This document shows, piece by piece, positions 1-9,500 of a stretch of DNA of 64,000 nt. The stretch spans positions 207,251 to 271,250 of the forward strand of contig JACOXU010000001.1 in the NCBI GenBank assembly GCA_016182185.1. The letters run 5' to 3'. Made by a program: the position numbers and the translations under genes. This DNA is from Candidatus Levyibacteriota bacterium (GTDB taxonomy: Bacteria; Patescibacteriota; Microgenomatia; Levybacterales; UBA12049). Position 1 is the stretch's first letter, and the number at the start of each line of letters is the position of its first letter. A model generated the notes under the pieces. That model saw nothing but the letters and a program-made list of their open reading frames with translations. It made no database searches and was not told the DNA's origin.

Positions 1-264
1 AAGAATTTCAGGAAGCACAACCTGTTCTTTAAGAGAATGCCAGAGGATATTTACCTTAACAATTTTAAATTTTAAATTTTTCCCCGCTTCGCCCAAGCTT
101 CGCGGGGCGAGAATTTTTAATTCAACCTGATCGTAATCTTGACGTCTTACAAACAGAATATACTGATTTTTTCGATCTACTTGCGCAAGCTGATCAATCA
201 AGTTACGGGTATATCTCCCAACTCCTGTCTGATTCCATAACCTGCAATCAATTCCAATTTTCAT
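1..264 (-). CDS. GT4 glycosyltransferase, 5' part (runs off window start)
   Basis: Not in ORF track. Manual translation from ATG at 264 (ATGA overlap with the upstream GT2 stop): MKIGIDCRLWNQTGVGRYTRNLIDQL...YILF, a typical MtfB-like GT4 N-terminus; frame open to position 1. Confidence 0.85.
   Translation of the reverse strand, partial: MKIGIDCRLWNQTGVGRYTRNLIDQLAQVDRKNQYILFVRRQDYDQVELKILAPRSLGEAGKNLKFKIVKVNILWHSLKEQVVLPEIL
61..118. repeat. AATTTTW heptamer array interrupted by a 30-nt GC-rich palindromic element (82-111)
   Basis: aatttta aatttta aattttt [ccccgcttcgcccaagcttcgcggggcgag] aattttt; CCCCGC/GCGGGG inverted repeat; lies in frame within the GT4 gene. Confidence 0.75.
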
Positions 265-1160
265 TTTTGAATAGATGAAAGAGAAATCTTACGCTTAAAC
301 TCAATTACTGATAATATGAAGGAATTAAGAATTTTTGGGTATTTTTTTTCATAATGTTTTTTGTAAAAGATCCTCATAGCATTAAAACGAGCATTTGTCG
401 CTATCATTTTTGTTTGTAAATTTGCTGTAGATTTTCTTTCTGAATGTTTTTTGATTCCGCCTGAAATTCCTTTATGATGAAGTACGAAAACTTTTGGAAC
501 AAAATAAACTTTCCAGCCCTTCTCTTTAAGCCGGAAACAAAAATCTATGTCTTCTCCGTAAAAAAAATAATCCTCATCCCACCAATTTATCTCATCTCCT
601 GCTCTTCTTCTTACCATCATAAAAGCACCCACTACTGAATCGACTTCATGCTCAGTTGACAAATCAAGCCAGCCCATTGTATAGCCTGAAAATATTTTAC
701 TTTTTGGAAAAACTCTAGAAAAACCTGAAAAATAACAGAAAGAATTCCAGGGTGTAGGAAATCCCCGATGAGCCCCGTCATCAAGTTTCCCCGTTGGAAG
801 TCTTACAAAGCAGGTCGATACTCCTACATCGCTATGTTTATTCATAAAAGAAATCATATATGGCAATGTATTTTCATCAACCTGTGTATCTGGATTTAGA
901 AACAGAAGAAATTTTCCCTGTGATTTTCTGATGCCTATATTGTTTGCTTTTGAAAAACCAAAATTATCACTATTTTTTATTATGAAAACTTGTGGGAAAT
1001 GTTTTTTAACCTCTTCAACAGTACCGTCGGATGAAGCATTATCAACTAAAATAATCTCATAATTTCTTCTAGAAAGATCTGAGTTATAAATCGCGTCTAT
1101 GCATTGTTTTATGAATCCTTTTGTATTAAATGAGACAATAATTATTGAAAGCTCAATCAT
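261..1160 (-). CDS. GT2 glycosyltransferase (WbbL/rhamnosyltransferase-like)
   Basis: SIIIVSFN, VDNASSDGT, NFGFSKANN, LNPD, YFFYGEDIDFC motifs. Confidence 0.9.
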   Translation of the reverse strand: MIELSIIIVSFNTKGFIKQCIDAIYNSDLSRRNYEIILVDNASSDGTVEEVKKHFPQVFIIKNSDNFGFSKANNIGIRKSQGKFLLFLNPDTQVDENTLPYMISFMNKHSDVGVSTCFVRLPTGKLDDGAHRGFPTPWNSFCYFSGFSRVFPKSKIFSGYTMGWLDLSTEHEVDSVVGAFMMVRRRAGDEINWWDEDYFFYGEDIDFCFRLKEKGWKVYFVPKVFVLHHKGISGGIKKHSERKSTANLQTKMIATNARFNAMRIFYKKHYEKKYPKILNSFILSVIEFKRKISLSSIQK

Positions 1161-2353
1161 GATCTTAAAACGATCCTATATACATCTTCCAATTTCTTTG
1201 TAACCTTCTTCCAATCATATTTTTGCTCTACCAATTGCCTTGCATTTGCTGAAATCTTTTTATAAAACTCCTCATCGGTTACTAGTTTAATAATTTGATC
1301 TGCTATCTCTTTCTCGTTTTCTGAAACAATAATTTCTTTATCTTCAACTGCTCCGAGAGGGCCGGCTCCTAATCGGGTTGTAACAACAGGAACTCCTGAT
1401 GCCATTGCTTCAAGAATCTTATAACTTGACCCTCCACCGACTCTGATTGGCGAAAGTAAAAGGTCTACTTTCTGAAAGATAAGCGAAGTATCATCTGGAG
1501 CATTTTCATCGAAAAAAATATCACTACCGGCAAGTTTTTTTATATCATTATGAATATTTTTTCCAACTACCCACAATTTAACTTTTAATTTCTCACTTTT
1601 TACTTTTAACTTTATTGATGGCCAAATTTTCTCGATAATCCATTTTATTGCATCTCTATTCTGCACCCATTTAAAATCACCAATATATAGAATTGTTTTT
1701 TCGCCGCCAGTTTCTAAATCTGAACTTATGACTTTGAATTTTTCAAGGTCGACTCCGTTCGGGACAACTGCCGTATTCTCATTTTTTGGCTGCATCAAAT
1801 TTTTCTCTTCTTCTGAAACTGCTACGAGAAAATTTGCTTTTTCCCAGAATTTTTCTTCCTGTCTTTTTAACTTCAAGATATCAATATTTAATAATGGACG
1901 GGCGAAAAAAGGTGCCGTATTCGAATATCTTTTATAAACCATATATTCAATATTATGCTCAACTAAAACAATTGGAAGAGATGTCTCTGGTAAATTCTGC
2001 ATAATATAAGAGGTTTCAATATGGATCAAGTCAAATTTCTCTTTTTCTAAAAGATTTTTGATTTTTTGTTTCATTTCAGGACTGGTGTGTCCGGCAATAA
2101 GAAATGATGAAAAAGAAAAACCGGTCTTAAGAATATTATCTAATGACCACTGTTTTTTTCTTTTGACAGTAATCACTTCTTTACAAACATTAGTAACCTC
2201 ATCAACATCTTTTTGAGTCTGATAATCTCTTTTCTCACAAACTAGAGTAATTTGATGCGTTTTACTTAAATTTTTCAAAATATTATATAAGCGAATATGC
2301 CCGCCAGAAAAAAGAGGGTAGGGTAAGAACGACGAGACCATTAAAATCTTCAT
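1157..2353 (-). CDS. GT4 glycosyltransferase
   Basis: PYPLFSGGHIR, VVPNGVD, KILEAMASGVPVV motifs. Confidence 0.9.
   Translation of the reverse strand: MKILMVSSFLPYPLFSGGHIRLYNILKNLSKTHQITLVCEKRDYQTQKDVDEVTNVCKEVITVKRKKQWSLDNILKTGFSFSSFLIAGHTSPEMKQKIKNLLEKEKFDLIHIETSYIMQNLPETSLPIVLVEHNIEYMVYKRYSNTAPFFARPLLNIDILKLKRQEEKFWEKANFLVAVSEEEKNLMQPKNENTAVVPNGVDLEKFKVISSDLETGGEKTILYIGDFKWVQNRDAIKWIIEKIWPSIKLKVKSEKLKVKLWVVGKNIHNDIKKLAGSDIFFDENAPDDTSLIFQKVDLLLSPIRVGGGSSYKILEAMASGVPVVTTRLGAGPLGAVEDKEIIVSENEKEIADQIIKLVTDEEFYKKISANARQLVEQKYDWKKVTKKLEDVYRIVLRS
1581..1615. repeat. Degenerate 7-nt tandem repeat (ACTTTTA-like, about 5 units), in frame
   Basis: actttta atttctc acttttt actttta actttat; encodes IKLKVKSEKLKV. 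Confidence 0.6.
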
Positions 2354-3792
2354 GGTTTTTGGTGAAGATCAACCAAAATATAATCAGGAGTTGAAGAAAT
2401 AATTTTATAAGTTTCACCAATATCATCTCCTGTCGGATTAACAATCACCAAATAATCTGCACCCATCATTATCATTTTGGGTAATTCTTCCTGAAAGCTT
2501 GCCCAGCCCTGCCTATTTATTTGATATAAAAATGCTGTGTCTCCATCATATGGAGCAATAACTTTTGCGTCTTTAGGAATCAAATTATTTACTGCTTGAC
2601 CCGCCCGTACTATGGCCGGATTATTTATGTTATAGTAATCTCGAATACTCTGCCAGGAAAAAGCAAACATAAATAGCGCACAAACAGCAAATAGCAATAA
2701 ACCAAAACCACGTCTTATAAGTGAACTGTTTAATTTAAGTAAATATTCACTACCTAAAGCCAAGAAGATAACCAAGCTTGGAACTATAGGAATTTGATAA
2801 TAATCATGATGGACATTTCCACCGGCGACTACAAAAATATAAATAAGAGATGAGATAACAAAAGAAAGAAAAAATAAGTGCTCCTTGATTTTAACTTTTT
2901 GAATCAAGCCCAAAACAAAAAGCGGAAGCCCCCAAGATCCCAAAATTAAAGTCGCTATTCTTTTTTCAAATATCCAGGAGAAAAATGCACCTTTAAATCG
3001 TATATTATTCATATTAAACAGCCAATCGCTTCGAGGAATTCCTTCAGGATTTTGGATAATCCATATTCGCCAAAGAATAAGGGGGTAGATAGAAAAAATT
3101 AAAAAAATCCATAATTGCCATTTTTTTAAAAAACTCAATCCTAACTTGTTCAAAGCAAGAACAAATAACGGTAGTGTAAAAAATAAGGCAAATGGTTTAA
3201 GAAGAAATGACGAAGCAATCAGAATTAAAGATAGAATGAATCTGAAATCATAAATCTTAAGTTTTGAATTTTTTTCAAGCCATAAATCAAAAAAATAAAT
3301 ACCTCCAAGCAAAGTCATAAGCATCATGGCGTCAGGTAAAATCGTTCTGCTATAATAAACGTTATAAGGAAGAAATATAAAAAAGAACAAAGCCAACATT
3401 CCTGCAAAATTATTCTGGTATTTTTTAACAATTAGATACATGAAGATGGCAGCAAGAAGAGAAGAGAAAATCGAAACCAGTCTTCCCCATTGTTCAATCG
3501 TAAATATTCCAAATATTTTAAAAAGTCCGGCTTGAATAATATTATATATCGGAAATTCCACAAAACGATACCCATTTGGATTGTCATAGAAATTTGAGGG
3601 CACATTTGAGAGATCGTCAAACCGAGGATATAAAACATAAAAGCCGTATTTAATAAAATTCCTAGAAACTGCCGATGTATCTGCTTGTCGCCAGCTATGC
3701 CAGTCTGCTACTGGATTATTGAATTTATAAAGCCTTAATACAAAACCTAGTATTAAAATAGAAATTAAAAGAAAAAATTCTTTTTTTTTCAT
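2350..3792 (-). CDS. ArnT/PMT-like (GT39/GT83) GT-C membrane glycosyltransferase
   Basis: Multi-TM; DWHSWRQADT, EFPIY, SRTILPD, LLKP motifs; ATG at 3792 (TTG alternative at 3795). Confidence 0.8.
   Translation of the reverse strand: MKKKEFFLLISILILGFVLRLYKFNNPVADWHSWRQADTSAVSRNFIKYGFYVLYPRFDDLSNVPSNFYDNPNGYRFVEFPIYNIIQAGLFKIFGIFTIEQWGRLVSIFSSLLAAIFMYLIVKKYQNNFAGMLALFFFIFLPYNVYYSRTILPDAMMLMTLLGGIYFFDLWLEKNSKLKIYDFRFILSLILIASSFLLKPFALFFTLPLFVLALNKLGLSFLKKWQLWIFLIFSIYPLILWRIWIIQNPEGIPRSDWLFNMNNIRFKGAFFSWIFEKRIATLILGSWGLPLFVLGLIQKVKIKEHLFFLSFVISSLIYIFVVAGGNVHHDYYQIPIVPSLVIFLALGSEYLLKLNSSLIRRGFGLLLFAVCALFMFAFSWQSIRDYYNINNPAIVRAGQAVNNLIPKDAKVIAPYDGDTAFLYQINRQGWASFQEELPKMIMMGADYLVIVNPTGDDIGETYKIISSTPDYILVDLHQKP
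3239..3273. repeat. Degenerate 7-nt tandem repeat (about 5 units), in frame
   Basis: aatctga aatcata aatctta agttttg aattttt; encodes KNSKLKIYDFRF. Confidence 0.5.
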
Positions 3793-3798
3793 CAAATA

Positions 3799-6700
3799 TC
3801 AAATATTTAGGGGAGTAATTTCTCCATGAATATTCTTAATCCACTCAACCAAAGTTCCATCCTCATTGAATTTGAACACTCTCCCGTTTGGTTCACTCAT
3901 TATAGCAAAAGCTTCATCCACTGATTTAACGATATTGACTTTTATATTTTTACCGGGAAAAAGAAGCCATGTCGCATCCTCAAGACCTACCGGGAAAATC
4001 CATGCCTCGCCTTCCCTAATTGGAACATCAACGAAATATAAAGTTGATGCCTCAGAAACACCATAATGAACGTAAGCATTTTCTAAAGATGAAAGAAAAC
4101 TTTTAGATTTTTGACCTGCTCTTTGCCAATCTGTTTGGGTTTTTTGAAACTGAAAAAGCTGAATTGATAAAAAAAATACTGCTATCAGTGCAAAAATAGA
4201 AATTGTAATTTGCCTATCTTTGACATAAAGAAACTTAAAAAGCTTTACGAGAAAGAATGAAAGAAGAAGAGATATTCCAAAAGAAGCAAGATAGCTGTAC
4301 CTTGATGTGATATTTCCTAGTCCTAAAAACGGTAGGAGAGACACAATAAAAAATAGAATCGAAAAGACTAAAATTCTTTTTTCATTATTTTCCAATTTTC
4401 TAAATAAAAATCTATAGAATAAAATAAATATTAATAATAAAACCACCAATGATAAAAAGGCAAATGGAATGTTCGCCCGTAAAAGTGACCTGAGTCCTTC
4501 ATAAAAATTTAAAGAAAAAGAACCAAAAAGTATAAGAATAAAATAGCCAAGAATATTACCAAAAAAATTAAAAGGAAGTTTCAGAAGATTATAATTATAG
4601 TCTCCGCTTAGCCAGTGACTTTGAGATAATAATCTTAGCAGTAAATAAGGTAAGACTGGGAAAAATAATATATAGTAATAAAGTTTGCTAAATAGAGATT
4701 TCAATATAATTTTTTCTTGAAAAATCAAATCATAAAAAATAATCAGTAGTGGAGCAATAATTCCCAGTTCATGAAAAAGTAAGCTTATTATGATTGATAC
4801 AAAAGAAAGAGCAAAATAAAATATTTTTTTATTTTCGCGCCACAAGATAAAAGACAATAACGCCAGGAGAATAAACGTAATGTTAAATAAATGTCCTGTT
4901 GCGGCAATCCAGAAAATCGCCTCTGTATATCCGCTTAGGAAAATAAAAATCAATACAGAAATTACAGACAAATAATAATTTTTAAATATTTTTCTTGAAA
5001 TCAGAAAAAAGAGAACTATATTCAGAAGATGAAGAACGATTGAGACAAAGTGGTAAACTGTTTGATTCAACCAGAATAAATTTTGCATTAAATAAAAATA
5101 AAGTTTTGTTCCCGGCCGGTAAAAAAACCCATTGGCTTTTGTGAAGTACTCGCTAACTATTGCAAGGGGGTTACAATTTATACAATCAGTAGCCCAACGA
5201 AGCCAAGTAAAATCGTCGCCAACGAAATAGTAACTTATGGCACCAGCAAATAATATAAATCCTGCCGTAATTAAGTAGATAATAAATGCATAGGGAGAAA
5301 TTAATATTTTTTTAATCTCACTAACTGTATCTATTTCTTTTTTCTTATAAAGAGCCAGACCTCCGATTACTATTCCCATAATAAGCCAATAAGAAAAAGC
5401 AATTTTTGATGCTTCAAAAACATCGATAAATATTGCGTTTAGGAAAAGACCTACGGATCCTGCAATAAATCCAATGATAAAACTTTTTACCGGCCCTGAA
5501 TCAATATCAGGCAAAATCTTCTTAATATATATGGCGGAAATTAGAAAAATTATTAGAAAAGAAAGAAAACCGATAAGACCTGATTCGCCCAATATTCTTA
5601 AATAATCATTGTCAACTGCAAGACTTACCGATCCATAGCCGCTTCCCAAAAAAATATTTCTTTTGAAGGCCGCAAGCGTATTGGGCCACTCGCCTTGAAA
5701 CCTAGTTGTAAATGAAATGTCATAAGCTTTGGCATTTTTTATAACGAAATCTCCGAAGACGGCTCGAATCTCTCCTTGTCCTTCAGGTTCTTTGTCGCTG
5801 GCTTTTTCAAAGAAATAAAGATGGGAAGTTTTGATAACGGGCGAGAGTGAAAGATTTATATAGCTTGATCCTTGAGGCAAGCTTTCTCCGTTTGGTTTAT
5901 TTGACTCTACAATTAATTGTGATTGAGGAGGTATTTTTTCAAATGGGAATACCGCAGAAGAAGTAGTATTTTTCTTATCAACTTCTGAGATTGGCTGAAT
6001 AAAAACGATTCTGTTTTTAAAATATGATGCTGGTACTTCCTTAATATGTCCGATTGCCTGTCCTGTTTTCGTATCTACCAAAACATCTACTTTCCCAACT
6101 GTGCTTGCAAAACGAGACAACAGGCTTGGAGCCAGTATTACAAAGACAGATATGAGTAAGATCAAAGAGATAACTGCCAGTTTTTTCTTTTGTATAATTA
6201 TTACGATTAAAAGGGCGATTAAAAGTACAGCAAAAGATATACGTGAAACAGTCATAAACATCAAAATAAAACCTAATGAAGCAGAAATTAGAAAAAAGAT
6301 CCGAAGCAATATTTTTTTAAAACCAAATATAGCGCTTACAATAATTGGAACAACAAGTACCAAATATGCTGCGAGATCATAGTGACCAGCAAAAGTTGAG
6401 GGCACACGACCAAGCGTTGAAATCCGAAGAGGAATACCCTTGGCGAACTCTTCATTTCCAGTAAGAAAGGCTGGAAACCCGAGGAATTTTTGACCAAACC
6501 CATATAATGAAGCAAGAATAACTATAATTCCTAGAAGTATAGGAATATATTGTAATAATTTCTTATCTCGCATTCCTGAAAAAGCTACAAAGAATAAAAA
6601 CATATACTCAATTCTCCGAATAAAGCTTAAAATTGCAACATTTGAAAAAACATTTGATAGTGTGGGAAAAAGAATTAATACTCCATGAAGAGTTGATATC

Positions 6701-6945
6701 CCGCCAATAATCCAAAAGAGAATTATAGGTAAAGTCAGGGGCGTTTTGAAACTAATTTTATTTTTCAAAAGTAAAATAAACCAGACAATAATTGTCGACA
6801 AGACTACAAAATCTTCAAGTCGGACATACGCCCACGTATTTCTCACATCGATTAAGGGAAGTTTTGGATAAAGAGGGATAAAAGCAAAAAGTGCCAAGGT
6901 AATTAAATATAAAATATTATCTTTTATAAAGGTAAAAAACTTCAT
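3799..6945 (-). CDS. Fusion of an O-antigen ligase/polymerase-like (Wzy_C) domain and a C-terminal GT-C glycosyltransferase domain
   Basis: N-half: RVPSTFAGHYDLAAYL, SRIS, R..W..AFKRNIFLGSGYGS, DNDYLRILGESGLIG. C-half: YFVGDDFTW, FYRP, YHFVSIVLHLLN, EAIFWIAA, FHELG. Confidence 0.75.
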   Translation of the reverse strand: MKFFTFIKDNILYLITLALFAFIPLYPKLPLIDVRNTWAYVRLEDFVVLSTIIVWFILLLKNKISFKTPLTLPIILFWIIGGISTLHGVLILFPTLSNVFSNVAILSFIRRIEYMFLFFVAFSGMRDKKLLQYIPILLGIIVILASLYGFGQKFLGFPAFLTGNEEFAKGIPLRISTLGRVPSTFAGHYDLAAYLVLVVPIIVSAIFGFKKILLRIFFLISASLGFILMFMTVSRISFAVLLIALLIVIIIQKKKLAVISLILLISVFVILAPSLLSRFASTVGKVDVLVDTKTGQAIGHIKEVPASYFKNRIVFIQPISEVDKKNTTSSAVFPFEKIPPQSQLIVESNKPNGESLPQGSSYINLSLSPVIKTSHLYFFEKASDKEPEGQGEIRAVFGDFVIKNAKAYDISFTTRFQGEWPNTLAAFKRNIFLGSGYGSVSLAVDNDYLRILGESGLIGFLSFLIIFLISAIYIKKILPDIDSGPVKSFIIGFIAGSVGLFLNAIFIDVFEASKIAFSYWLIMGIVIGGLALYKKKEIDTVSEIKKILISPYAFIIYLITAGFILFAGAISYYFVGDDFTWLRWATDCINCNPLAIVSEYFTKANGFFYRPGTKLYFYLMQNLFWLNQTVYHFVSIVLHLLNIVLFFLISRKIFKNYYLSVISVLIFIFLSGYTEAIFWIAATGHLFNITFILLALLSFILWRENKKIFYFALSFVSIIISLLFHELGIIAPLLIIFYDLIFQEKIILKSLFSKLYYYILFFPVLPYLLLRLLSQSHWLSGDYNYNLLKLPFNFFGNILGYFILILFGSFSLNFYEGLRSLLRANIPFAFLSLVVLLLIFILFYRFLFRKLENNEKRILVFSILFFIVSLLPFLGLGNITSRYSYLASFGISLLLSFFLVKLFKFLYVKDRQITISIFALIAVFFLSIQLFQFQKTQTDWQRAGQKSKSFLSSLENAYVHYGVSEASTLYFVDVPIREGEAWIFPVGLEDATWLLFPGKNIKVNIVKSVDEAFAIMSEPNGRVFKFNEDGTLVEWIKNIHGEITPLNI

Positions 6946-6946
6946 A

Positions 6947-7822
6947 TTAAAACTTAAGTGCCTGCTTGTAGGTTTTCTTAAGATATTTATTTCCTGTAAT
7001 TATTCCAATTATAAATGCCGCAAATGCTTTTGTATTAAGTAATATTTTGACCAAATTATATTCCCAGAAACTTTTATGTTTCTTGTAAAAATACAATATC
7101 CCTTTATAAATATTTAATATGGCAAAGGTTTTATTTCCACTTCCCCTTTCTGTATGTAAAAGCTTTAAGTTAGGAAAAAAATAAGTATCAAATCCAAATT
7201 TTTTAGCTCTGAAACATAATTCTACATCATCCATATACATAAATATATTTTCATCAAATCCTTTAATTTTTTCAAAAACATCTCTTCTTATCATCATGCA
7301 GGCACCGCTCACCCAATCTACTTTTGTAATTATGGAAGGGTTTACTCGCACCAGTCCAAATCTTTCTCCTCCTATCAACATGATGACTAAATTGAAAAGA
7401 TTATAAAATTTACCTGCCGACAATTGAGAAGAACCATTTATATTGGTAAGTTTTCCTCCTAAAATTCCAGCACCGGTATTTTTCTCTAAAAATTCGATCA
7501 TGTTTAAAAAATTACGATCCTTCACTTCCGTATCCGAGTTTAGAAACAAAATATACTTACCGCCTGCAGTTTTGGCAGCTATGTTATTTCCTTTGCTAAA
7601 ACCGTAGTTTTCTTTATTTCCGACAATGTTTAAATTTGGGATTTGAAATTTAGGATCTGAGACTTCATTTAAAGTTCCATCTGTTGAAGCATTATCAGCA
7701 AGAATTATTTCAAAATCACCCATTTCAAGCTCTTTCCTGTACTGTTTTATTAACGACTGAATGCAATTAAGGGTTAATTCTTTTGTATTATACGAGAGGA
7801 TAATAATAGACAATTTAACCAT
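6947..7822 (-). CDS. GT2 glycosyltransferase
   Basis: SIIILSYN, DNASTDGT, LNSD, WVSGACMM, FDENIFMYMDD. Confidence 0.9.
   Translation of the reverse strand: MVKLSIIILSYNTKELTLNCIQSLIKQYRKELEMGDFEIILADNASTDGTLNEVSDPKFQIPNLNIVGNKENYGFSKGNNIAAKTAGGKYILFLNSDTEVKDRNFLNMIEFLEKNTGAGILGGKLTNINGSSQLSAGKFYNLFNLVIMLIGGERFGLVRVNPSIITKVDWVSGACMMIRRDVFEKIKGFDENIFMYMDDVELCFRAKKFGFDTYFFPNLKLLHTERGSGNKTFAILNIYKGILYFYKKHKSFWEYNLVKILLNTKAFAAFIIGIITGNKYLKKTYKQALKF
7633..7667. repeat. Degenerate 7-nt tandem repeat (about 5 units), in frame
   Basis: aatttgg gatttga aatttag gatctga gacttca; encodes EVSDPKFQIPNL. Confidence 0.5.
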
Positions 7823-7823
7823 C

Positions 7824-8375
7824 TTATCTAAACCAAGCTGCTCTACCCAGTTTGTAATTTAACTCTTTGTTTCTTTTTCCGATTTCTTTGGCGGGAACTC
7901 CACCGACTATTGTGAACTCTTCGACATCCTTTGTAACCACAGCTCCAGCTCCCACGACTGCTCCCTTTTTAATCTTTACTCCAGGCAAAATAATTGTCCT
8001 AGGTCCTACGAAAACATAATCTTCTATAGTTACCGGTGCTGTTATAGCGTGAAAATCAACGCTTTGTACATCATGCTGGGCATTATAAATCATAACCTCC
8101 GAAGCAATATCAACATGATTTCCTATAATAAGAGCGTCTCTTCCATCCAGAACCGTGCCTTCTCCTATAATCGAATCTTCACCTATCTTTATATTCTTAG
8201 GGTCATAAAAAACTGCGCCCATGTGAACAGCTGACCCTTTTCCAATGCTTAATCCTGAAATTCTGTAGAAAAATCTTCTGACATGATGAGACGGAATAAA
8301 ACCTACAACTCGCAATATAAAATTAATAAGTTCCGTAAGTATCGTATATAATCTCTTGAAAATTTTTCCAATCAT
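7824..8375 (-). CDS. Hexapeptide-repeat (LbH) sugar O-acetyltransferase
   Basis: IGKGS/IGEDS/IGNHV hexapeptides; PVTIEDYVFVG..ILPGV..GAVVGAGAVVTKDV..GVPAK. Confidence 0.9.
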   Translation of the reverse strand: MIGKIFKRLYTILTELINFILRVVGFIPSHHVRRFFYRISGLSIGKGSAVHMGAVFYDPKNIKIGEDSIIGEGTVLDGRDALIIGNHVDIASEVMIYNAQHDVQSVDFHAITAPVTIEDYVFVGPRTIILPGVKIKKGAVVGAGAVVTKDVEEFTIVGGVPAKEIGKRNKELNYKLGRAAWFR

Positions 8376-9499
8376 ATACTTTCAAGTGCCTTCAATGTTT
8401 CCCTTGCTGTTTTTTCCCAAGAGAATTTTTTGACTTGTTCATAGCCTTTCGTAGCTAGTTCTCTACGAAGATCTAAGTCCTCAATAATTTTTTTTAAATT
8501 TTTCGTAATCTCTTCCACATTTTCAGGATTAAAATAAATAGCCGCTTGTCCCCCTGCTTCAGGCAGACTTGAGATATTACTGGTCAAAACCGGACATCCA
8601 TATTTCATGGCCTCAAGAATTGGTAATCCGAATCCCTCATAAAGACTAGGCAATACAAAACAAATGGCATTTTTGTAAAAATTTGGAAGCTCATCATCCG
8701 GAATTTCATGTAAAAATTTAACTCTTTTTTCTACATCAAATTTTTCAGGGGCCACAAGAATTTCTTCCCACATCCAGCCCTTTCTGCCTACAATTACTAA
8801 TTCAACATCTGTCTTAAGCTTTGAAAAAGCTTCTATAAGTCTTACAATATTTTTCCTTGGCTGAATTGTACCGACAAATAAAATGTAAGGGTTATTAATT
8901 CCGTATTTTTTCTTTAAATCTTCCATATTTTGAGATTTGAGATTTGAGATTTGAGATTTTATACCCGGATATGTAACTATGATTTTTTCGCTGGGTATTT
9001 TATATAAATTGATTATATCATCTTTGGAAGCTTGGCTTATGGTAAAAATTCGCTTGGCTTTTTTGATGGAATACCTTCCCCAGTATTTAAGTTGAATAAA
9101 GTCTTTCCCTTTAAAAAGTTGAGGGAAATGTAGATAAGAAAGGTCTAAAATTGAAATTGCGGACGGGATAGACGTAAAAAGAGGAAGATAATGGGTGGGT
9201 GTAAAAAAAATATCAGGTTTTGAATTTCCCAATATTAGCTCAAAAGACAAACCAAACATTGTCCATAATTTCCGGGGTTTTACTATTTTATAATTCCAAT
9301 TTTCTGATTCTTGAGGCATATCTGAAGCAGGATTGTCTGGAATATAAATAATGTAGTTATTTTTTTTGTCAATTTCATTAAAATTCAAAAGAAGCTCGAA
9401 GCAGTATTGTCCGCTTCCAACTCTGTTTGGCAAACCTGTTTTTGGATCGTATCCGAATCTCGACACAACAGCTTCAAAACCATTTATTCCAATTGTCAT
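8372..9499 (-). CDS. GT4 glycosyltransferase (MtfB/mannosyltransferase-like)
   Basis: VGTIQPRKN, PSLYEGFGLPILEAM. Confidence 0.92.
   Translation of the reverse strand: MTIGINGFEAVVSRFGYDPKTGLPNRVGSGQYCFELLLNFNEIDKKNNYIIYIPDNPASDMPQESENWNYKIVKPRKLWTMFGLSFELILGNSKPDIFFTPTHYLPLFTSIPSAISILDLSYLHFPQLFKGKDFIQLKYWGRYSIKKAKRIFTISQASKDDIINLYKIPSEKIIVTYPGIKSQISNLKSQNMEDLKKKYGINNPYILFVGTIQPRKNIVRLIEAFSKLKTDVELVIVGRKGWMWEEILVAPEKFDVEKRVKFLHEIPDDELPNFYKNAICFVLPSLYEGFGLPILEAMKYGCPVLTSNISSLPEAGGQAAIYFNPENVEEITKNLKKIIEDLDLRRELATKGYEQVKKFSWEKTARETLKALESI
8929..8959. repeat. Perfect heptamer tandem repeat (TTTGAGA)x4, in the GT4 interdomain linker
   Basis: Four exact copies at 8929-8956; encodes KSQISNLKSQN right after VTYPGI. 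Confidence 0.85.
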
Positions 9500-9500
9500 A

